DNA from: Octopus bimaculoides
Lineage: Eukaryota
Direction of reading: 5' to 3'
NCBI RefSeq assembly: GCF_001194135.2
Contig: NC_068982.1
Coordinates: 99,481,891 to 99,524,432 of the forward strand
DNA length: 42,542 nucleotides
Shown here: positions 35,130-42,542 of the stretch, in pieces
Position numbering within the stretch: the first letter of the stretch is position 1
Layout: each line of letters starts with the position of its first letter
Notes under the pieces: generated by a model
What the model was told of the DNA's origin: nothing
Seen by the model: only the letters and a program-made list of their open reading frames with translations
Database searches by the model: none
Position numbers and translations under genes: made by a program

Positions 35130-35268
35130 ACTGGTCAGCTGGTGTTTCTGTTCTTGCTGTTATGTTTCATTACAAGTGGAAACTTAATCCTGTTAGGAGC
35201 TGTGACACTATCCCGAGCTGAGAAACGATCCAGAATGAATTTCTTCATAATGCACTTAGCCATTGCAG
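35130..35268 (+). CDS. CCAPR: CCAP/neuropeptide S-type GPCR, second coding exon (TM1-ICL1-TM2)
   Basis: TGQLVFLFLLLCFITSGNLILLGAVTLSRAEKRSRMNFFIMHLAIA plus G of the split Asp codon. TM1 GN motif, SRMNFFIMHLAIAD typical of CCAP/NPS receptors, tctttacAG acceptor (phase 0) and GTATGC donor (phase 1). Confidence 0.92.
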
Positions 35269-35902
35269 GTATGCTTCGCAGAAATTCTAAAATAATTTTA
35301 TGAAAAATAAACTTAATTTTCTTTCACAAATTCACGAAGTTTCATTGGACCATCCATTACTTTCACTTTCTTAAGCGTATGACGAATTTTCATCCAACTC
35401 CTGTCTAAATAATAATCTATCTTCGATAAATTTCAAGGATGATTCTACCTCAGTTAAATACGTTGTTTTATTTATTATATAAAAAAATTAGCTAGCTGAC
35501 TGAAACTATAACTCAAATATTTTAAACTGTTTACTTTTTTTTACGTTTTACATCAAATCCTGTTTTAGGTTTAATAGTAAAGAAAAATTGTTGCGAAATT
35601 AGGCCTGTAATCATACAAGAAGCCATTAACTTGTAAATGTAATTAAAGTCGATTCTGAGTTGAGTGAGAGAACTGAGGAGAAACTGATTGCTAACGTTTC
35701 AAAGATTTCAAATCCAATTATTTTGGTAAGGTATGCGAGTTAGCACTGATAGTGATTGTAGAAACATACTAATTAATAAAAGAATTCGAAGCGATTCCTG
35801 AGGATGAAACAATGACCGAAAAAGATGACTATATTTGAGAGTCGAGGAGAGGGACATTCAGCTGAAGACATCAGAATTTTCTTTTATATATATATATATA
35901 TA

Positions 35903-36318
35903 GACGTAGGAGTGGCTGTGTGGTAAGTAGCTTGCTTACCAACCACGTGGTCCCGGGTTCAGTCCTACTGCGTGGCATCTTGGGCAAGTGTCTTCTACTA
36001 TAGCCTCGGGCCGACCAAAGGCTTGTCAGTGGATTTGGTAGACGGAAACTGAAAGAAGACCGTCGTATATATGTATATATATATATATATANNNNNNNNN
36101 NNNNNNNNNNNNNNNNNNNNNNNNNNNNNNNNNNNNNNNNNNNNNNNNNNNNNNNNNNNNNNNNNNNNNNNNNNNNNNNNNNNNNNNNNGCTATAGAGAC
36201 CGATAGAATAAGTACTAGGCTTCTAAAGAATAAATCCTGGGGTTGATTTGCTCGACTAAAAGCGGTGCTCCAGCATGGCCACAGTCAAAAGACTGAAACA
36301 AGTAAAAGAGTAAAAGAG
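35903..36318 (+). mobile_element. tRNA-derived SINE family 2 with internal (TA/TG)n
   Basis: GGAGTGGCTGTGTGGTAAG (A-box), GGTTCAGTCC (B-box), CTTGGGCAAGTGTCTT, GACGGAAACTGAAAGAAG, internal microsatellite/gap, tail (GTAAAAGA)n. Confidence 0.9.
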
Positions 36319-36863
36319 TATATATATTACGAACATGGTGGACAGAGCATTTGCATTGGTGGATTCTATCTCAGCACTAGTTCCATCTTTTGGACTGTAG
36401 GTAGGCTGAAGCTATCACATTTCTGTATGGAAAAATATGCTTAAATGCTTTTCGCAAGGGAAATTCTTTCAAGCTGGTGACCTTTTGCTTGGTTGGGAGA
36501 AAACGAACATCATACAGCGAAATAAATCTGCCATGAAACCAGTTCACATTTACAATGTGAACTAGTTACATGGCAGATTATGTTGATTACAGTGATGAGC
36601 GTGTTCCTATTCTCACCATTATCAGTAATATAGTATTATTATGTATATTCGCAGATCATTTCATTTTCGTTTCTTCTATTGCTCTCTCCTACAGTATGAA
36701 AATCAAAAGGAGGGAAATTTCTCAGCATATGGATTATACGTAAACAATTCTTTAGATATGATTGATCTCCCACCCCCACCCCCTTTTAGAATAGTTAATC
36801 GTTTCATTGTTATGGAATTATGAACTACCTAAGAAAACAGAAACATTAAATAAGCATAAATAT

Positions 36864-37140
36864 GACTGTGCAGTCAAGGAGCTCGCTTTGCAACCACGTG
36901 GTTCCGGGTTCATTTCCAATACTTGAAACTTACGACAAAAGTATTCAGCTTTAACCTCGTGGTAATGCTTTGTGATAGACGGAAACTGTGTCGAAGCCCT
37001 TTACATATATATATATATATATATACATGTGTGTGTGTGTGTGTGTGTGTGTGCGTGCGCGCGTGAGACCTTGTCTTTATGTTAGTCCTCCCACTACTTT
37101 GACAACCAGTGTTTATTTACGTCCCCGTCACTTAGCAGTT
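36864..37140 (+). mobile_element. SINE family 2, diverged copy running into a gap
   Basis: caaccacgtggttccgggttca...gacggaaactg..gaagccc...(TA)(TG)...ttgacaacc...tttacgtccccgtcacttagc. Confidence 0.75.
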
Positions 37141-38063
37141 NNNNNNNNNNNNNNNNNNNNNNNNNNNNNNNNNNNNNNNNNNNNNNNNNNNNNNNNNNNN
37201 NNNNNNNNNNNNNNNNNNNNNNNNNNNNNNNNNNNNNNNNNNNNNNNNNNNNNNNNNNNNNNNNNNNNNNNNNNNNNNNNNNNNNNNNNNNNNNNNNNNN
37301 NNNNNNNNNNNNNNNNNNNNNNNNNNNNNNNNNNNNNNNNNNNNNNNNNNNNNNNNNNNNNNNNNNNNNNNNNNNNNNNNNNNNNNNNNNNNNNNNNNNN
37401 NNNNNNNNNNNNNNNNNNNNNNNNNNNNNNNNNNNNNNNNNNNNNNNNNNNNNNNNNNNNNNNNNNNNNNNNNNNNNNNNNNNNNNNNNNNNNNNNNNNN
37501 NNNNNNNNNNNNNNNNNNNNNNNNNNNNNNNNNNNNNNNNNNNNNNNNNNNNNNNNNNNNNNNNNNNNNNNNNNNNNNNNNNNNNNNNNNNNNNNNNNNN
37601 NNNNNNNNNNNNNNNNNNNNNNNNNNNNNNNNNNNNNNNNNNNNNNNNNNNNNNNNNNNNNNNNNNNNNNNNNNNNNNNNNNNNNNNNNNNNNNNNNNNN
37701 NNNNNNNNNNNNNNNNNNNNNNNNNNNNNNNNNNNNNNNNNNNNNNNNNNNNNNNNNNNNNNNNNNNNNNNNNNNNNNNNNNNNNNNNNNNNNNNNNNNN
37801 NNNNNNNNNNNNNNNNNNNNNNNNNNNNNNNNNNNNNNNNNNNNNNNNNNNNNNNNNNNNNNNNNNNNNNNNNNNNNNNNNNNNNNNNNNNNNNNNNNNN
37901 NNNNNNNNNNNNNNNNNNNNNNNNNNNNNNNNNNNNNNNNNNNNNNNNNNNNNNNNNNNNNNNNNNNNNNNNNNNNNNNNNNNNNNNNNNNNNNNNNNNN
38001 NNNNNNNNNNNNNNNNNNNNNNNNNNNNNNNNNNNNNNNNNNNNNNNNNNNNNNNNNNNNNNN

Positions 38064-38105
<42 letters not shown>

Positions 38106-38888
38106 CATAATATATGCAATATATATACATATACATACATATATAAACATATACATACAGATATACATAATACATATATAGATACACACACACACTCGAA
38201 CCGCACGCACACATATTTACATACAAGTCTGAATTACTGAATGACAATGAAGGTGATTATGTAAGTCCTGTTCTTTTGTCATTGATTAATTGATATTATG
38301 CTCGGTACTCTTCTGACGCTTTACTCTAAAGTTTTGAAATTGTTTTTGAACATTTTTTTTTTGCAATTGTCTGTCCTGTTTTTGATTTGATCTTACAAAC
38401 ACATTCCCAACTTTTAAGTCACTTCAAAAATGACCCTCAATCGAATAACGCTGTTTACAAGACTATGCTTGGAATGACCAATTATAAATACCACTGGAAC
38501 TCACACACAAGGTACAGGAAACTTACATAGACACCATTCTGCTTAAATAATAGAACTGCAGATACAATATCCTTACGTATCTCACGTCTGTTTTCTTTCC
38601 TTCACTTCGCTCTGTATTTCATATCTTCTCTATAATAACTATTACTTAAACATTTTCTCGCACCGTCTCTTATATATAAAATATTCCGAAACAGCTGTAA
38701 GACCTTCTCTTTATAAATGTCCTGAAAATTTCACAGCCTTGGATTTTTTATCTCATTCTGTTAATTTATATATATATATATATATATATATNNNNNNNNN
38801 NNNNNNNNNNNNNNNNNNNNNNNNNNNNNNNNNNNNNNNNNNNNNNNNNNNNNNNNNNNNNNNNNNNNNNNNNNNNNNNNNATATATA

Positions 38889-40158
38889 CAGGAGTTGGAC
38901 AAAAGAATAGAAACATCTAACATCATAGCATCATAATTTTGAAATATCTATAAAACCGTCAGAAGCTTGTTTATTTTTATGTTTTTATTTATTTACTATT
39001 AGTGTTGATTAATATGTTTAGCTAAAATTGCTGTTTCTTTTCAGATATCGTCAGAAAAAGGTAATTAAAATCCATTAAAATGACAGATCTATCGGACTTT
39101 CAAAGATGTCAAATTGTTGGTGTATGTATGGCAGGTGCGAAATGTTTGGTGTATCAAGAAGTACTGTCACGAAAGTAATAACAGCCTTTGAGGAAGAGGG
39201 AAAATCCTCCTCGTCGAAACTAAACTCCGGAAGAAAGCCAAATCTTTCAGATAGGGACCGTCGCACTCTTACTCGAATTGTTAGAAAGGATCACAAAAGT
39301 ACAGCTCCCAAAATTACTGCAGAGCTTAATGACCACCACGAGAACCCAGTTTTCACAAAAACTGTTCGCTGGGAGCTGAACAAAGCCGGATTTTAAGGGA
39401 GGGCTACAATCAGAAAACCACAACTTTCAAAAACAAACGTTGCAAAGCGTTTAGAATGGAATAAAAATCTACAGAGTTGGTCCCTAGAGCAGTGGAAGAA
39501 TGTTATTTTCTCAGACGAGTCATCCTTTACCTTATTTCTAACCACCGGCCGAGTATACATGTAGAGACAACCAAAAGAAGCATTTGACCCAAACTGCCTT
39601 CTTCCAAATGTTAAACATGGAGGAGGATCTGTAATGATCTGGTGGGCGGAGGGGGGGGGCTATATCTTGGAAATCCGCCGGCCCAATGGTTTCACTTCAT
39701 GGCAGAATTAATAGTCAAGACTATTTAAGTATTGTATCTGATTAAATTCATCCTATGGTTGCGGAACTTTTTCCGGGGTGGGGGACGCAATCTTTCAGGA
39801 TGATAATGCACCAATTCACACAGCTAAATTTGTTACTGAATGACACGAGGAACATTCTAGTGAAGTTGAACTTCTTATCTGACCACCACAGTCCCCAAAT
39901 CTCAATATCATTGAACATTTGTGGTGCATTTTAGAAAAACAAGTAAGGAGTGGATATCTTCCACCATCATCACTACAAGAACTGGAGACTGTTTTAGCTG
40001 AAGAATGGACAAAAATTCCTTTGGAAACAATTCAAACTTTGTACGAGTCCATACTTCGGAGAATTCAAGTTTAATTACTGCCAAAGGCCATCCTACCCCA
40101 TATTAAATAAAATTTGTTTGAAATTTTAAGGTGTTTCCATTATTTTGTCCAACCCCTG
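38889..40158 (+). mobile_element. Full-length decayed Tc1-like transposon with DD36E spacing, sense orientation in GPCR intron 2
   Basis: 30-bp TIRs (26/30 identical), TA on both sides, 1270 bp. Transposase from ATG 39080: MTDLSDFQR..., SGRKP, VIFSDES, KHGGGSVMIW, FQDDNAPIH...PPQSPNLNIIEHLW. Several stops and frameshifts. Confidence 0.95.
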
Positions 40159-40276
40159 TATGTGTGTGTGTGTGTGTGTNNNNNNNNNNNNNNNNNNNNN
40201 NNNNNNNNNNNNNNNNNNNNNNNNNNNNNNNNNNNNNNNNNNNNNNNNNNNNNNNNNNNNNNNNNNNNNNNNNNNN

Positions 40277-40321
<45 letters not shown>

Positions 40322-40461
40322 CATACATATGTGTGTGTATGTGTGTGTATGTGTGTGTATGTATGTATATGTACATATATACATCTATATATGTGTGTGT
40401 GCACGTGTACATATATATATATATATATGGGGGACACACACATACATATGTATGCATATAT

Positions 40462-40527
<66 letters not shown>

Positions 40528-40783
40528 ATAAATATTCTTTGCTGAAAATCAAGATTAATCGCGCTTTCTTTTCCATTCTGTACAGTAATTGGATCTGCAG
40601 ACGACATATTTCGCTATAATTTTTTTAATTTTCTTTTCGGACAAATGTTCAGAATAAGTTTAGCGTCACATCCATATCAAATAAAGAAAGGGAACTATCT
40701 TTGTAATATGATAACAATATATCGAGAAGTAATTATACACTATGTATTTAATCAAAAATCTTGTGCACCGACTCTTTTTTTAT

Positions 40784-40874
40784 TAGACGGTGGATGGTGG
40801 ATAGACGGTGGACTGGTGGATAGGTAGTGGACTGGTGGATAAGTAGAGGACTGATGGATAGGTAGTGGACTGAT
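40784..40874. repeat. About 19-bp minisatellite, about 5 units (TAGGTAGTGGACTGGTGGA-like)
   Basis: Units tagacggtggatggtgga / tagacggtggactggtgga / taggtagtggactggtgga / taagtagaggactgatgga / taggtagtggactgata. Confidence 0.85.
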
Positions 40875-40929
40875 ATAATCGCTAGAGAATGAAAATGCTT
40901 TGCTGTATTTAGTTGTGGCCCTTGCAGTA

Positions 40930-41020
40930 TGAAATTAAATTCTACGGAGGTCAGATTTAGCTTTCATCCTTCCGGAGTGCTTAAAATAAGGTACAAGTCC
41001 TGGTATCGATTTGATATTCC
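40930..41020 (+). mobile_element. Degenerate SINE family 1 core
   Basis: aaattctacggaggtcagatttagctttcatccttccggag...aaaataaggtac. Confidence 0.45.
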
Positions 41021-41404
41021 TACAAAGCAGCTTAAATGTAGAAGGAAATATAATAGGAGACTAAAACTACAATTATTTTATAATTCATCGTTTTGGTAAA
41101 TGTAAATGTAAATGTAAATGGGACGCTTTTGTGTATGTGTGCTGAGCCCCATGGAAAACATACCACGTATTGTTGCTTCTACATCAGGGACCCTGCTGCT
41201 TCTACACAAACAAATATTCTAGACCACTGTCTAACTCACCTAACAACCCACAACATTTCATCCATGTACATTCCGTCTCCTATGTCTGCTTCTTATCCCT
41301 ATTGCAATGAGCTATGTTCTTCTGAACGAACTAACTGTACACCATCTCCATCCGGGTCCACCCGACATTTTCGCATATTTTTTTACGTGCCACGCATACC
41401 GTGT

Positions 41405-41436
<32 letters not shown>

Positions 41437-41445
41437 GTTATTATT

Positions 41446-42266
41446 CATGGTATGCACGAATGTCTTACATTCGGAATCAATATCCATGATACCGGGTCAC
41501 AACCAGTTTCCTTAGATATCAAGGACCTTTCATACAATCCTTGCTGTTCCCAACAGAGGAGATTTCTAAATCAATGCAAATCTTGTAGTCACACCTGTCA
41601 TAATAAAGGAGCTGTTAAGTCTTGGTAACTGTGCCTAGGTCACCTATAATAACTGAGATTGCCAAAGGACTACAGGAACTTATTATGTGCATAATGGATT
41701 CCTCTTTTTCATTACATATTATGAACTTTGAACTTTTCGCAAGTTTGTTTATTTTTGCCCTAATGATTTTCATCCGCAACAACTGGCTTTGAGCAGCCCT
41801 TAGAAGTCCTTCCGTTTCTTTCTTAAGGTCTCCATTCTTTTGCCACAGCCAAGACTCATCTGCTGCGATGTCCTGCGTTTGTCTGAGATGCTGACCATCT
41901 AGTCCTTTTCCCCAGATGATGTTTCTTTCTCGCTCCTGCTTTCTTTTTTCTTGTATTTCGTTGCCATCATAGTAGCTTTTTTTCTCTTCTCGTCTAGCAG
42001 ACGAAATCAATTTTTCAAGATTGCTTCTCACTTACTCTTGTATCTCTCATTTTGCCATCTCTATAAAGTCTTCTATTAATACCAGACCTCTCCCCCTCCT
42101 TCTATGGTAGGCATAATCTATCGACACTGTCTCTGGGAAGTAACGATCTGTACAGAGACATTATCTTTCTGGTCTTACAATCTATGTCTCTTAGTTCTTC
42201 CTTAGTCCAGTTCAGGAAAGCAGCAGAATATCTTATTGGAGAGATCCTCCATGTGTTTACTTCAGT
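41446..42266 (-). mobile_element. 5'-truncated, internally deleted R4/Dong-like LINE
   Basis: IRYSAAFLNWTKEELRDID, GGRGLVLIED, LKKETEGLLRAAQSQ, ICNEKEESIMHIISSCSPLA joined directly to ISVIIGDLGTV, then LLGTARIV.KVLDI*, 3' UTR and an aataataac(agt)n tail. Confidence 0.88.
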
Positions 42267-42348
42267 GAGAGTCACTGTCTGGTACTGCAGTTAGAAGCCA
42301 TGAGAGTCACTGCCTGGTACTACATCAGAAGCCTTGAGAGTCACTGCC
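42267..42348. repeat. About 2.4 tandem copies of a 34-35-bp retroelement terminal motif
   Basis: gagagtcactgtctggtactgcagttagaagccat / gagagtcactgcctggtactacatcagaagcctt / gagagtcactgcc. Matches the end of 22093-22560. Confidence 0.85.

Positions 42349-42427
<79 letters not shown>
42349..42427. repeat. (ATT)n microsatellite
   Basis: Read directly. Confidence 0.97.
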
Positions 42428-42542
42428 CACCCTTTCATTCAGCCTTTTTTCCCCCGTCATATCACTATGTTGGACCGTTGAACTCTGCAAATTTTTTCAC
42501 TCTCCGTGTTTTTCATTCTTTCTCTACCCTTTTCCTCTTAAT

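Noticed and set aside
35130-35268. Assignment as a cephalotocin/octopressin (vasopressin-type) or GnRH receptor
   Set aside because: The YFYR|TGQL junction, SRMNFFIMHL and introns before TM1 and within the TM2 Asp fit CCAP/NPS receptors better. Not formally excluded without a tree.
35903-35990. tRNA genes at the SINE heads (also 22646, 28240)
   Set aside because: A/B-box-like motifs are present but there is no cloverleaf, and each runs into a multicopy SINE body.
39045-39060. Candidate GPCR exon 3
   Set aside because: Correct phase (G|AT) but it encodes DIVRK rather than the hydrophobic rest of TM2, and it lies inside a Tc1 element. I found no true exon 3 in 35269-42542.
39555-39885. Three Trp codons converted to stops (TAG/TGA) in the Tc1 transposase as a deaminase signature
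   Set aside because: TGG becomes a stop by either G-to-A transition, so this is expected in neutral decay; three events are too few.
42267-42348. 34-35-bp direct repeats as a CRISPR-like array
   Set aside because: Head-to-tail with no spacers, eukaryotic context, and explained as a retroelement terminus.

Overview
AT-rich, microsatellite-dense eukaryotic DNA with ten N gaps. The repeat families suggest a coleoid cephalopod, probably Octopus; this is inferred from recalled repeat families, not from a search. Almost all supplied ORFs are microsatellite/N artefacts or transposon debris. The one host gene I can support is absent from the ORF track: two spliced + strand exons (29863-29979 and 35130-35268) encoding the N-terminus, TM1, ICL1 and most of TM2 of a CCAP/neuropeptide S-type rhodopsin GPCR. 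Its later exons lie in a gap or beyond the window. The rest is layered mobile DNA: a pile-up of RLE-type (R4/Dong-like) LINEs in (TAA)n tracts at 19-28 kb and 41.4-42.4 kb, a non-coding element with the same flanks, an ORF1-only gag-like element in GPCR intron 1, four kinds of Tc1/mariner relic (one with DD36E spacing), a hAT transposon with a nested mariner derivative, CR1/L2-like and Penelope-like RT fragments, and four SINE-like families. I found no CRISPR array, rRNA or intact tRNA gene. Boundaries of degenerate repeats are approximate, read by eye.
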